55,627 nt of DNA from Pseudomonadota bacterium (GTDB taxonomy: Bacteria > Pseudomonadota > Gammaproteobacteria > JAKAQQ01): the NCBI GenBank assembly GCA_021798795.1, contig JAJZBR010000003.1:1-55627 (forward strand), in the 5' to 3' direction. Both the position numbers and the translations under genes were made by a program. Every line of letters starts with the position of its first letter. Positions within the stretch are counted from its first letter, which is position 1. The notes beneath the pieces were generated by a model. That model was not told where the DNA came from. It made no database searches and saw nothing but the letters and a program-made list of their open reading frames with translations. Of the stretch, positions 8,697-18,581 are shown in pieces.

Positions 8697-10874
8697 TCAG
8701 GATTCGAGTGCTTCGAGGCGGGCGTGTTCCCAGATCAGCCATTTGGCTCCGCTTCCCTCGAAGCGGACATGGATCCGGCACTGCGGCCCGTCTCCTTCGT
8801 GGCTGAGAACGGTGCCTTCGCCGAACTTCGGGTGGCGCACCCTTTGACCGATCGCAGCGGGGTAGGACGGATCTCGGGTCCGGTAGCCCGCCCGCGGGTG
8901 CGGAAGCCGGGTCACCATCCGGGGCTCAGCGGTTTCAAGATGATCGGCTGGAATTTCAAGCAGGAAACGCGAAGGCAGGGTATCGAAGTAATGGCCGCGC
9001 AAACGCCTGCGACGGGCGCGGATGAGATAGAGCTGCCGTTGTGCGCGCGTCAGGCCCACATAGAAAAGCCGGCGCTCTTCTTCGAGTCCGCCCGTGGTCT
9101 CAGTGGCCCGGATATGCGGCAGAAGCCCTTCTTCGAGTCCGGCGATGAACACCGTATGGAACTCGAGCCCTTTGGCTGCGTGCAGGCTCATGAGCTGGAT
9201 CTGACCGGGGCGGTCGGTGCGCGATTCAGGTTCCATGGCCAGCGTGATTTGCCCGAGAAAAGCCTGGAGAGGCGCAAACTCGATGGAGGCCGGTTCCGCT
9301 TCCGGGTCGGGTTCGAATCCTGCGGCAGCATTGACCAGCTCGGCCAGGCTTTCGATACGGGTCTCCGCCCGCAGAGGATCGTCGGTCTGGTAGTACTCGG
9401 GGAGCCGGCTCAGCGCGATCACCCGCTCGACCTGCCCTGCGAGATCCAGTCCCCGGATCGCCTCACGCATGTCGGTTAAAAGTGTCAGGAATCCGGAGAG
9501 CGCACGGGTGCTGCGTTCGGCCGGCGCCGCGGTTGACCGGGCGAGAGCCTGAGCCGATGCGATGAGAGAAAGCCCGTCCTGGCGCGCCTGCGCACGAACC
9601 CGTTCGAGGGTTTTCTCCCCGAGCCCACGTGTCGGGATGTTGAAGACTCGTTCGAATGCGGAGTCGTTTTCCGGATCGGCCATGAGACGCAGGTATCCGA
9701 GTGCATCCTTGATTTCACCACGCTCGAAGAAGCGGACTCCTCCGTATATCCGGTAAGCAATGCTGTTCCGGACCAGCGTTTCCTCGAACACTCGCGACTG
9801 GGCATTGGACCGGTAAAGGATCGCGATCGTCTCGGCCGGCTGACCGCCCGAGAGGATCGACTCGATGGCGCTGACTGTGTAAGCCGCCTCTTCCAGTTCA
9901 TCGTCCGCAGTGAACAGAACCGGTCGGCGACCGGTTTCGGATGCCGTCCAGAGGGTTTTGCCCAGTCGGGAGGGATTGTGGGCAATGAGCGCATTGGCGA
10001 CGGTCAGAATGGCACCGCTCGAGCGGTAGTTTTGCTCCAGGCGGATCACCCGCGTCCCCTCGAAATCCTTTGCAAACCGGAGCACATGTTCGACGCGTCC
10101 TCCGCGCCAGCCGTAGATCGCCTGGTCATCGTCCCCCACCACAAACGGGCCGCCTTGGGCACCGGTCAGGGTGCGGAACCAGAGATACTGGAGCGTGTTC
10201 GTATCCTGAAACTCATCGACGAGGATTTCCCTGAATCGCGATCGATAGCTTTCGAGTAGTGCAGGATGAGCCTGCCAGAGATCCTGACAGCGGAACAGGA
10301 GCTCCGCAAAATCCGCGGCGCCGAGACTCTGGAGTTTGCTTTCGTAGACCCGATAGAGATCATGCAGGACCCGGTCCCGTTGGCCATCACCATCCGGTAC
10401 ACTGCCCGCGCGCAAGCCGGCATCCTTGTTCTGGTTGATGTACCACTGGGCCAAGGCGGGAGGGAAGTCCCGTTCGTTGACTTGCATCTCCCGGATGAGC
10501 TGTCGGATGAGACGGCGCTGGTCGTCTTCGTCGAGAATCGTGAAGCTGGAGCGAAGTCCCGCTTCCCGGGTATGGCGCGAGAGGATCCGGTAGGCCATGC
10601 TGTGAAAGGTGCCGAGCCACATCGACTGGGCCTTCGGCCCCACGAGTCCGAGGACACGGGAACGCATTTCGCGGGCAGCCTTGTTGGTGAAGGTGACGGC
10701 CAGGACCGATTGCGGTGACGTGTCCGCAGTTTCGATACGCCAGGCGATACGATGGACCAAGACACGGGTTTTCCCGCTCCCGGCACCGGCCAGAACGAGA
10801 GCGGGGCCGAAAGGCAGGGTTACGGCCTCGCGCTGCTCTGGGTTCAGGGTGTCGAGGAGTCGGTTCGTGTCCAC
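8697..10874 (-). CDS. uvrD: DNA helicase II
   Basis: LNPEQREAV, LAGAGSGKT, VDEFQDTN, VGDDDQAIY, LEQNYRS, HAAKGLEF, EERRLFYV, C-terminal Tudor HPKFGEG. Confidence 0.96.
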   Translation of the reverse strand: MDTNRLLDTLNPEQREAVTLPFGPALVLAGAGSGKTRVLVHRIAWRIETADTSPQSVLAVTFTNKAAREMRSRVLGLVGPKAQSMWLGTFHSMAYRILSRHTREAGLRSSFTILDEDDQRRLIRQLIREMQVNERDFPPALAQWYINQNKDAGLRAGSVPDGDGQRDRVLHDLYRVYESKLQSLGAADFAELLFRCQDLWQAHPALLESYRSRFREILVDEFQDTNTLQYLWFRTLTGAQGGPFVVGDDDQAIYGWRGGRVEHVLRFAKDFEGTRVIRLEQNYRSSGAILTVANALIAHNPSRLGKTLWTASETGRRPVLFTADDELEEAAYTVSAIESILSGGQPAETIAILYRSNAQSRVFEETLVRNSIAYRIYGGVRFFERGEIKDALGYLRLMADPENDSAFERVFNIPTRGLGEKTLERVRAQARQDGLSLIASAQALARSTAAPAERSTRALSGFLTLLTDMREAIRGLDLAGQVERVIALSRLPEYYQTDDPLRAETRIESLAELVNAAAGFEPDPEAEPASIEFAPLQAFLGQITLAMEPESRTDRPGQIQLMSLHAAKGLEFHTVFIAGLEEGLLPHIRATETTGGLEEERRLFYVGLTRAQRQLYLIRARRRRLRGHYFDTLPSRFLLEIPADHLETAEPRMVTRLPHPRAGYRTRDPSYPAAIGQRVRHPKFGEGTVLSHEGDGPQCRIHVRFEGSGAKWLIWEHARLEALES

Positions 10875-11007
10875 AGCGGTTATTGTACTCAGGATACGGG
10901 GAGACCCAGACGATGGATCGGCGGTTGCGGAGGTGTATGCTGGCATCCCTAGGTTTTAGAGCGTCCCGGAGATCGCCCGCAATGGTTTCTTCAGAAGTGA
11001 GGCCCCG

Positions 11008-11946
11008 GTGAGCGGGTCGGTGACGCCTGATCGGTCCCGCCGCGTTGCGGTCGCCGTTTCGGTACTGAACTACAATTCGGCTGATGCGACGCGGCACTGC
11101 GTCGCCTCGATTCTGAACGCAACCGACCCGAATCTCGATTTTCGGGTGGTGGTCGTGGACAATGGATCCGCTCCGGCAGAGAATCTCGCCACCCATGCAT
11201 GGGGTGATCCGAGGGTGGCATTCCATCCGAGCCGGATCAATCTCGGGTTTGCTGGCGGTCACCAGTTCGCAATCCAGTTTATCCGGGCCCGGTACTACTT
11301 TTTTTTCAACAACGATGGGTATTTGTGCAACGATGCCATCCGGGCCCTCCATGATTTCATGGAAGCCCATCCGGAATGCGCTCTCGCGACCGGGCAGTGT
11401 TTTGACGCAAACGGGCAGGCGCGCGCTTCATTCAACTACGAACCCTCTCTCGCCCGCGCCGTGTTCGGCCCAGGACTCCTGCGCTGGATCCACCCCGAGG
11501 GTTATCCCCACCGCCACGTGGTCTACTCCCGCCCGATCGAGGTACCGATGGTGACCGGAAGCGCCCTGTTCGTGCGCGCGGAACCCTTCGAGGAACTGGG
11601 TGGGCTCGACACCCGTTATTTTCTCTATTGCGAAGAGGAGGACCTGGCGCGCTCCCTCAAGCTTCGGGGTGGGCGTATCTATTTTGTACCCGACGCCCAT
11701 TTCTGCCACGTCGGGGGAGGCAGCTCGCTCCAAAGCCCGGCACTTCGGCGCGAGTTTTATCTGTCATTCCACTATTACCTGCGCAAGCATCACAACCGTA
11801 TTTATGTGATCGCGTTCAGATTCGTCCTGCTCGGAAAACTGCTGGTCCGGGTCTTGCGCGGTCGGGATCCATGGAATCTATTCTGGTTTGTCGCACGCGG
11901 GGCTCCCGAAAGGGAAAGCCTCCGGTTCCGCCAGCGTTTCTATTGA
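11008..11946 (+). CDS. Glycosyltransferase family 2
   Basis: VLNYN, VVVDNGS, NLGFAGG, FNND, GSALFVR, FLYCEEEDL. Confidence 0.93.
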   Translation: MSGSVTPDRSRRVAVAVSVLNYNSADATRHCVASILNATDPNLDFRVVVVDNGSAPAENLATHAWGDPRVAFHPSRINLGFAGGHQFAIQFIRARYYFFFNNDGYLCNDAIRALHDFMEAHPECALATGQCFDANGQARASFNYEPSLARAVFGPGLLRWIHPEGYPHRHVVYSRPIEVPMVTGSALFVRAEPFEELGGLDTRYFLYCEEEDLARSLKLRGGRIYFVPDAHFCHVGGGSSLQSPALRREFYLSFHYYLRKHHNRIYVIAFRFVLLGKLLVRVLRGRDPWNLFWFVARGAPERESLRFRQRFY

Positions 11947-11949
11947 CCC

Positions 11950-11983
11950 GGGCGGATAGCTGCAATCCGGCAGCTATCCGCCC
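11950..11983. terminator. Perfect 14-bp hairpin between convergent genes
   Basis: GGGCGGATAGCTGC-AATCCG-GCAGCTATCCGCCC; no U tract. Confidence 0.6.
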
Positions 11984-11994
11984 GTCCCACCCGC

Positions 11995-12411
11995 TCAGGC
12001 GGAGATGGGGATCTGGCGCACGCGGTGGTTGCCGCGCTTCGGCAAATCGAGGGTCAGCACGCCGTTTTTGAGTTCGGCCTTGATTTTTTCCGAATCGATC
12101 TCCTGGCCCAGCCTGAACTCGCGCTCGTAATGCGAACCGCGTAGTTCCGCATCCACCGAGAGCATCGGTTCGGGAAGATCAGCAGAAATGGTGCCCTCGA
12201 TTGACAGGCGTTCGTGTGCGCACTCCACCTGGAGCGTTTCAGGCGTCACGCCCGGCATATCAGCCACGAGTACGAAAGAGTCATCGGTCTCCCGGATATC
12301 CACAGGGGGTACCAAGATCTGTTCTCGCCGAACCGGGTGGGCGTCCTTGTGTGACTCCTTCCCGGATCGGGCGGGTTCCTGGGTATGCGGGTTGAGTTTG
12401 AGATTCGTCAT
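11995..12411 (-). CDS. Hsp20/alpha-crystallin small heat shock protein
   Basis: PPVDIRET, ADMPGV, YEREFRL, AELKNGVLTLDLPK. Confidence 0.95.
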   Translation of the reverse strand: MTNLKLNPHTQEPARSGKESHKDAHPVRREQILVPPVDIRETDDSFVLVADMPGVTPETLQVECAHERLSIEGTISADLPEPMLSVDAELRGSHYEREFRLGQEIDSEKIKAELKNGVLTLDLPKRGNHRVRQIPISA

Positions 12412-12438
12412 GGGGTTTCTCCTATCTCATTGGGTGAA

Positions 12439-12903
12439 TCAAGCCGCGCGCACTTCGATCCGTTTCGGTTGCAAAGCGGCTTTTTTGGGCAGGGTGATGG
12501 TCACGATTCCGTTCTTGACGGATGCTTCAATCGACTCCGAGTCGGCGGAGTCGGGCAGGCTCAGGGTCTTCACGAACTCGCCCGAAAAGCGTTCCTGCCG
12601 GTAGAGGGTCGACTCCCGTGCGTCCCGGTCCGCCAGGGTTTCGCGTTTGCCCTGAATGGTCAGGAGACGGTCCTCGATCCGGATCTCGAGATCCTTTTGT
12701 TCCATTCCGGGCGCAAACACGTAGATTTTGAACTCCTGGTCGGTTTCGCCCACATTGATCAGAGGAAAGCGGCTGCCGGCATGCGCACGCAGGTCGCGGG
12801 CGAGCGTTCCCGACGCCCGGCTTTCCAAGTTCGAACGAAGCCAGTTGAGTTCATTGAAGAAAGAGAAATCCGCATTCCACGGATCAACGAGATCAAACCA
12901 CAT
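12439..12903 (-). CDS. Hsp20/alpha-crystallin small heat shock protein
   Basis: FPLINV, APGM, RQERFSGEF, ASVKNGIVTITLPK. Confidence 0.95.
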   Translation of the reverse strand: MWFDLVDPWNADFSFFNELNWLRSNLESRASGTLARDLRAHAGSRFPLINVGETDQEFKIYVFAPGMEQKDLEIRIEDRLLTIQGKRETLADRDARESTLYRQERFSGEFVKTLSLPDSADSESIEASVKNGIVTITLPKKAALQPKRIEVRAA

Positions 12904-12971
12904 GGCCAGTACCTCCGCAATGTTTCAGTTCACGAAGGCGGCCCTGCTTGGGGCCGCCGGTTACTGTTTAC

Positions 12972-12998
12972 ATGGGGGTACGGGGATCCGGATTCAAG
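12972..12998 (-). promoter_or_regulatory. sigma32 (RpoH) promoter of the hsp20 pair
   Basis: CTTGAA-N15-CCCCAT, close to consensus, upstream of heat-shock genes; the -35 overlaps the upstream stop codon. Confidence 0.85.
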
Positions 12999-14370
12999 AG
13001 GAGCGGGAGTGGCGCCGCCGCCTGAGGCTGGCGAGCAGTGTGGCCAGGGCCAGCCCGGCCACTCCGATCGGGCCCAGGGCGCTCGAGCCACTCGTGTTGT
13101 TGCCTTCCAAAGCCACGAGCAGACTCACGGTAGCCGTGTTGGAGATGGGGGAAGGTCCACCTGCAGCCGCAACACAACGAAAGGCAAAAGCATCCTCGCC
13201 AGAGAAGTTGGCATTCGGGATATAGGTAAAAATTCCGCTCGTTGCGGAGAGGCTGACGCTGCCGTCTCTTGGCGGTACGACGATCTCGAAGTGGCGGGCG
13301 CGACCCAGAACATCGCTGCATCCAAGGTTGTCCACGGAGGGGGTGTTCTGGATGTTCTGTGGCACGGCCGTGCCAATGGCGATCAGGTCCCCCTGCCCCA
13401 CGAACGACCCGGTTGAGGTCGGGTCGGAAAACGGCCCCAGTGTCTGGACGATGCTTTGTGTGGCGGTATTGATTTCAAGGACGGCGTTCGCGCTCGGTTC
13501 GACGGCATAGAGGTAGGCTCCATCCGGCGAGAGCGCCAGGCCTTGGGGCACACCGCCGATAGCGAGCGTTGCCGTGACCGTGTCGGTCGCCGTATCGACC
13601 AGGGAGATGGTTTCGCTGCCCGCATTGGCCACATAGAGCGTGGTTCCGTCGGGCGAAAGCGCGAGTGCTACGGGTGTCTGACCCACGGCGATCGTATTTT
13701 TCACCGTCCGGGTGGAGCGGTCGATCACGGAAACCGTGTTGCTGCCGGCATTGGCCACATAAACCGTAAATCCCCGTGGCGAGATTGCGACCGCATCGGG
13801 GCTCTGGCCGACCGGAATCGTGGTCAGGGTGGCGGCGAGCGGTGTCGAGACCACCGAGACGGAGTTGCTCTGGCGATTGGCAACAAAGATGAGGGAAGTG
13901 TCCGGGGTGATGGCCAATGCGTCGGGGTCCGCGCCCACCGCGATCGTCTGGAACGCAGAGGCTCCGCTGACACTGATTTCCGTAAGGTCGCCGTCCCCCG
14001 CGTTGGCGACATAGGCGGCGATTCCGCCCGGTGTGATCGCAATGGCATCCGGCTGGTTGCCGACTGCGACCGTTGCGGTGAGCTGATTCTTGCTGTTCAG
14101 GAAGCTCACGGAGTTGCTCGCCGTATTGGCGACGAGAATCGGACTCCCGAGTGGCGTGACCGCGATCGCGGTGGGGTCAGCCTGAACCGGAATGTTCGCC
14201 ACCTCTGTATAGCTGTCGCCGGTGTCGAGGATCGCGACACTCGAGGTGCCCTTCTGGGCAATGTAGAGGTCGGGTATGGCGTGGGCGACCGCCGGGATCA
14301 GACAAATGGCAAATGCCAAGGGCGATGCCCACCGGTACCTACTGGGCAGGTTGGATGGCATGGTGATCAC
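12994..14370 (-). CDS. Secreted YVTN/YncE beta-propeller protein with an Ig/cadherin-like domain and C-terminal membrane anchor
   Basis: Signal peptide (AHA), about seven YVANxxSNTVSVID..IxVGxxP repeats, PRDGSV..FTYIPNANFSGEDAF, tail SGSSALG-TM-RRRR. Confidence 0.88.
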   Translation of the reverse strand: MITMPSNLPSRYRWASPLAFAICLIPAVAHAIPDLYIAQKGTSSVAILDTGDSYTEVANIPVQADPTAIAVTPLGSPILVANTASNSVSFLNSKNQLTATVAVGNQPDAIAITPGGIAAYVANAGDGDLTEISVSGASAFQTIAVGADPDALAITPDTSLIFVANRQSNSVSVVSTPLAATLTTIPVGQSPDAVAISPRGFTVYVANAGSNTVSVIDRSTRTVKNTIAVGQTPVALALSPDGTTLYVANAGSETISLVDTATDTVTATLAIGGVPQGLALSPDGAYLYAVEPSANAVLEINTATQSIVQTLGPFSDPTSTGSFVGQGDLIAIGTAVPQNIQNTPSVDNLGCSDVLGRARHFEIVVPPRDGSVSLSATSGIFTYIPNANFSGEDAFAFRCVAAAGGPSPISNTATVSLLVALEGNNTSGSSALGPIGVAGLALATLLASLRRRRHSRSS

Positions 14371-14453
14371 GAATCAGAAACTGGCCTTTCAGTCTATGCG
14401 CGATCGGAGCCGGGATCAAGTCCGCATCCTGAAGGCCCCCATCATGAGTCAGG

Positions 14454-14702
14454 TCATGAGTCAGGGTCGCCTGCAGGTGGGGGAGGCTCGCGTCTCGTGC
14501 GCGGCCGTGTCGTTTGGGTCATCCGCGTCTCGAACGCCCGCTCGGCCTCGAGCCAGTCGCAGAGTTCCCCACCGGGTGCGAAGCCACGCCGCTCGGACAG
14601 GAAATAGGCCGCCTCGGCAATCCAGTGTGCGCGCTCTGGTACGGCTTTGGCACGGAGTCGTTTGCGCGTTTTTGCGGCAGGTTGGGGTGATCGATTCGGC
14701 AT
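14454..14702 (-). CDS. DUF2934 domain small protein
   Basis: IAEAAYFLSERRGF.PG.E..DWLEAE signature; AGGAAGG RBS. Confidence 0.85.
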   Translation of the reverse strand: MPNRSPQPAAKTRKRLRAKAVPERAHWIAEAAYFLSERRGFAPGGELCDWLEAERAFETRMTQTTRPRTRREPPPPAGDPDS

Positions 14703-14778
14703 GAATCCTTCCTCGTTTCAAGCGCATCCACATTTATTCTAGATCCGCAGGCGATGCCATGCCAATGGATAGTCCCGA

Positions 14779-14819
14779 GCTCTTGTCGACTTTCAAGAAA
14801 TATAAAAGTTGACAAGAGC
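14779..14819. promoter_or_regulatory. BirA operator overlapping the -35 of the bio promoter
   Basis: GCTCTTGTCGACTTT...AAAGTTGACAAGAGC inverted repeat (1 mismatch) matching TGTnAAC-Nx-GTTnACA; contains TTGACA at 14809; TAGACT at 14834. Confidence 0.85.
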
Positions 14820-14872
14820 GGGGGGGGGAGGGCTAGACTCTAAATCCTTCGCTCTTAGCTCGGAGTTTGCGC

Positions 14873-15865
14873 ATGAAAGAAGCCCCTTCTCCGTCATCTT
14901 GGACACTTGATGCGGTACTCGGACTCTTTGCCTCACCCTTCAACGATCTCCTCTACCGGGCGCAGAACATCCATCGCGCGCACTTCGATCCAAACGAGAT
15001 CCAGCTCAGCACACTGCTCAGCGTGAAGACAGGTGGCTGCCCCGAAGATTGCCATTACTGTCCGCAGAGCCTCCGTTATGACTCGGATGTGGAATCCGAG
15101 CCCCTTCTGTCCCTGGATCAGGTGATGGCCCGAGCGCTCCAGGCCAAGGCAGCGGGCGCCACCCGGTTCTGCATGGGGGCGGCCTATCGGGGACCCAAGG
15201 AGCGCGATCTCATCAGGATTCTCGAATACATCCGGGCCGTCAAGGCACTCGGCCTCGAGACCTGCGCCACCCTCGGGCTCCTGGATGCGGATCAGGCACG
15301 ACGTCTCGCGGAGGCGGGACTCGACTACTACAACCACAACCTTGACACATCGGAAGCGTATTACCCGGAGATCATCACGACCCGGCGCTATGCAGATCGG
15401 CTCGAGACGCTCGAACACGTTCGTCGCGCCGGCATGCGGGTTTGCTGCGGGGGGATCGTGGGCCTCGGTGAAACCATCCGGGATCGTGCAGAGCTTTTGC
15501 TCGAGTTGTCGCGCCTGGACCCCCCGCCCGAGAGTGTGCCGATCAACGAACTGGTTCCGGTTCCAGGCACCCCCCTCGCACAGGCTCCCAAGACGGATCC
15601 CATCGATTTTGTCCGGGTGATCGCAGTGGCCCGGATTCTCATGCCGACTGCCCACGTGCGTCTGTCGGCGGGGCGCAGTGCCATGAGTCGCGAACTCCAG
15701 GCCCTGTGTTTCCTTGCGGGGGCCAACTCGATCTTCTACGGAGAAAAACTTCTCACCACGCCCAATAACGACGCGGACGAGGATCGGGCGTTGTTTGAAG
15801 CATTGGGCCTGCGCGCCGAAGATCCGCTCCCGAGGGAGTCTGCAACGAGTGTTCATGTCGCCTGA
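14873..15865 (+). CDS. bioB: Biotin synthase
   Basis: [11 protein letters not shown] radical-SAM motif, [22 protein letters not shown]. Confidence 0.98.
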   Translation: MKEAPSPSSWTLDAVLGLFASPFNDLLYRAQNIHRAHFDPNEIQLSTLLSVKTGGCPEDCHYCPQSLRYDSDVESEPLLSLDQVMARALQAKAAGATRFCMGAAYRGPKERDLIRILEYIRAVKALGLETCATLGLLDADQARRLAEAGLDYYNHNLDTSEAYYPEIITTRRYADRLETLEHVRRAGMRVCCGGIVGLGETIRDRAELLLELSRLDPPPESVPINELVPVPGTPLAQAPKTDPIDFVRVIAVARILMPTAHVRLSAGRSAMSRELQALCFLAGANSIFYGEKLLTTPNNDADEDRALFEALGLRAEDPLPRESATSVHVA

Positions 15866-17021
15866 ATCGGTCGGAGACACTGATTGCGCAGCGGATCTCA
15901 TCCGCATCCGGCGCATCCGGGAAGCCCCCTCCGGAGGCATCCGGCACCCGGATGCGGGGCGGGATGGCCTCGCCTTCGATTCGAACGATTATCTTGGGCT
16001 CGCAACCTATCGACCCGTACAGGAAGCTTGGTCTCGGGGCGCGCGGATTTGGGGAGTGGGGAGCGGGGGGTCCCATCTGCTCTCCGGGCATACCCGGGCG
16101 CATGAGAGGCTTGAAGAGGCTCTCGCGGCCTGGACCGGGCGCGAGCGGGCCCTGCTCTTTTCGAACGGGTATATGGCCAACCTCTCCGTTCTCCAGGCAC
16201 TTTGCGGGAAAAGGCACAGGGTGGTGCAGGATCGGCTCAACCACGCATCCCTCTGGGATGGCGTTCGCCTCTCCGGTGCCCGTCTCAGGCGTTATGCGCA
16301 TGGCAAGGTCGAGGATGCCGAGCGGCTCCTGAGATCGGGAGAGGGCGCGCCGGGTTTGCTGGTTTCAGAGGGGGTATTCAGCATGGATGGGGATTGGGCG
16401 CCCCTGACCGGTCTGGCCGCCGCCGCCCGGGCAGCCCGGGTTACCTTTATGGTCGATGATGCACACGGCATCGGCATATGGGGCCCTGAAGGTCAAGGGA
16501 CCTGCGCCGCGCACGCGCTCGGTCAGGACGAGGTCCCGATTCTCATGGCTACACTCGGCAAGGCGCTTGGCACCTATGGCGCCTTTGTCGCCGGATCGGC
16601 TGCGCTGATCGAAACCCTGATCCAGCGGGCTCGACCCTACCGGTATACCACCGCACTCCCACCAGCTCTGGCCGAAGCCACGCTGATTGCACGACAGTGC
16701 GTGATTCGGGAGCCGGAACGGCGGGAGCATCTATTCGGACTGATCCATTATTTCAAAACAGGTTGCACCGAGCTCGGTCTTCCGCTCCTGCCTTCGCCCT
16801 CTCCGATCCAACCGCTCTGGCTCGGATCCGCACGGGCGGCGCTCGATGTGAGCCGGGCGCTCGCCACCCGGGGTCTTTGGGTCCCGGCGATTCGTCCGCC
16901 GACGGTTCCCCGCGGGCAGGCGCGACTCCGGATCAGCCTGTCCGCCTCCCATAGCCGCGCAAACATCGACCGGTTGCTCGAGGGTCTATCCGACGTGTGC
17001 CCGCGTTTGAACCCGCCGTGA
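15855..17021 (+). CDS. bioF: 8-amino-7-oxononanoate synthase
   Basis: SNDYLGL, NHASL.DG, FSMDGD, DDAHG, TLGKALG, IRPPTVP. Confidence 0.96.
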   Translation: MSPESVGDTDCAADLIRIRRIREAPSGGIRHPDAGRDGLAFDSNDYLGLATYRPVQEAWSRGARIWGVGSGGSHLLSGHTRAHERLEEALAAWTGRERALLFSNGYMANLSVLQALCGKRHRVVQDRLNHASLWDGVRLSGARLRRYAHGKVEDAERLLRSGEGAPGLLVSEGVFSMDGDWAPLTGLAAAARAARVTFMVDDAHGIGIWGPEGQGTCAAHALGQDEVPILMATLGKALGTYGAFVAGSAALIETLIQRARPYRYTTALPPALAEATLIARQCVIREPERREHLFGLIHYFKTGCTELGLPLLPSPSPIQPLWLGSARAALDVSRALATRGLWVPAIRPPTVPRGQARLRISLSASHSRANIDRLLEGLSDVCPRLNPP

Positions 17022-17773
17022 CCTCGTTACTCCTCATTCATGGCTGGGGGTTCAACCGGCGCGTCTTCGACCCTCTGCTCGAGCCTCTCGCCCGGGCGGG
17101 AATCCAGGCGAGCTTCTGGGAGCTGCCCGGACACGGCAGGCAGATTGGGGTCGAGGTCGCCCCGACTCTCGGGGCCTGGGCCGGGGCTTGTCATTCGCAC
17201 CTCCCCCGGGCGCCCCAGGTGATTCTCGGATGGTCGCTCGGCGGGCAGGTGGCAGTGGAACTCGCGCTGCGATACCCCAAGCAGGTTCAGGGTTTGATTC
17301 TGGTCAGCACGACGCCACGCTTTGTAGCCGGCGCCGATTGGGAAGACGGACATGACATCCAGGTATTCGAGCGGTTTGCCGGCGAACTCGAGGTGCAATA
17401 CGAGAAGACGCTGAGTGATTTTCTGTGGCTCCAACTCCGCAATCCAGAGACGGCACACCGGGTCGTACCCAAACTCCGGGACGCCCTCGCCAGAGGTGGG
17501 GCACCGACTCTCGCGGGGTTGCGTGCCGGACTCGAGATTCTGAAGACGAGCGATCAGCGGGAGGCACTCCGGGGGGGGCTCCCGCAGCCGACAGCCCTCC
17601 TCGCTGGAAAGCAGGATCGGCTGGTCTTGCCCGGGGCGATCAAGTGGCTGGCCGGGGCGCTCGGCATCGAGGCTGTCTGGCTCACCCGGGGCGGGCATGT
17701 TCCTTTTCTCACGGATCCAGACTGGTTCACGCAAGAGGTGAGAGGGTTCCTGAATGCGCACGCGGGTCTTTGA
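17018..17773 (+). CDS. bioH: Pimeloyl-ACP methyl ester carboxylesterase
   Basis: HGWG, GWSLGG nucleophile elbow, HVPFL; GTGA overlap with bioF. Confidence 0.92.
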   Translation: MTSLLLIHGWGFNRRVFDPLLEPLARAGIQASFWELPGHGRQIGVEVAPTLGAWAGACHSHLPRAPQVILGWSLGGQVAVELALRYPKQVQGLILVSTTPRFVAGADWEDGHDIQVFERFAGELEVQYEKTLSDFLWLQLRNPETAHRVVPKLRDALARGGAPTLAGLRAGLEILKTSDQREALRGGLPQPTALLAGKQDRLVLPGAIKWLAGALGIEAVWLTRGGHVPFLTDPDWFTQEVRGFLNAHAGL

Positions 17774-18581
17774 ACTCGACTTCGGGGCGGTCCGGAAAGG
17801 ATTCCGGATGGCCGCATCGACCTATGATGAGGCGGCCGGATTGCAGCACCGGATCGAGTCTGATCTCATCGAACGCCTGTCGCTGCTCGATCTCAGGCCC
17901 CAGTGGATTCTCGATCTCGGTTGCGGAACCGGACATGCGATCCCGTCGCTCGCCCGGCAGTACCCGCAAGCTTGCATCATCGGGATCGATGCCGCCTTTG
18001 AGATGCTGCATTGGAAGCAGGCCCACCCGGATCGTCGCTCAGAGGCGCTCTGTGCCGATGTGCGGGCTTTGCCGATCGCCCCCTCGAGCGTGGATCTCGC
18101 ATTCAGCAATCTTCTCTTGCAGTGGCTGGACGACCCCGGTCCCGCCGTCTCGGAAATTTACCGGGTTCTCGCGGACCGATCGGCTTTCCTGTTTGCAACC
18201 TTTGGACCGCGCACCTTCGCGGAACTCCGTGGGGCCTGGGCAGAGGTAGATTCAGATCCGCATGTGAGCGAGTTCATGGACGGCCCGGCCTGGGGAAATG
18301 TCCTCATGCGGGCGGGGTTTGTGGAAGTTGTCCTGGATGCTGATGTTTGGGTCGAGGAGGTTTTGGACCTCAAGACCCTGGCCGGTCACCTGAGGCAGAT
18401 CGGAGCGACCAACCGGCATGTCCATCGCGCCCGCGGGCTGCTCGGGAGAAAACGACTCACGACCCTGACCCGCGCCTATGAGCGGCTGCGCCGCCCGGGA
18501 GGAGGGTTGCCGGTCACGTATGAGATGCTCTACGGGCTCGCATGGACTCCGTTGCGGCTCACCCGGGTATCGGGTGCCTGA
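17754..18581 (+). CDS. bioC: Malonyl-ACP O-methyltransferase
   Basis: LDLGCGTG, SNLLLQW, ELRGAW..VD..HVS.F; operon context. Confidence 0.93.
   Translation: MRTRVFELDFGAVRKGFRMAASTYDEAAGLQHRIESDLIERLSLLDLRPQWILDLGCGTGHAIPSLARQYPQACIIGIDAAFEMLHWKQAHPDRRSEALCADVRALPIAPSSVDLAFSNLLLQWLDDPGPAVSEIYRVLADRSAFLFATFGPRTFAELRGAWAEVDSDPHVSEFMDGPAWGNVLMRAGFVEVVLDADVWVEEVLDLKTLAGHLRQIGATNRHVHRARGLLGRKRLTTLTRAYERLRRPGGGLPVTYEMLYGLAWTPLRLTRVSGA

Noticed and set aside
11299-11306. T8 tract in the glycosyltransferase as a phase-variation site
   Set aside because: Short, in frame, and explained by consecutive Phe codons before the NND motif
12904-12965. ROSE-type RNA thermometer in the hsp20 5' UTR
   Set aside because: An 8-bp hairpin exists (12937-12958), but I see no U(U/C)GCU arm sequestering the SD
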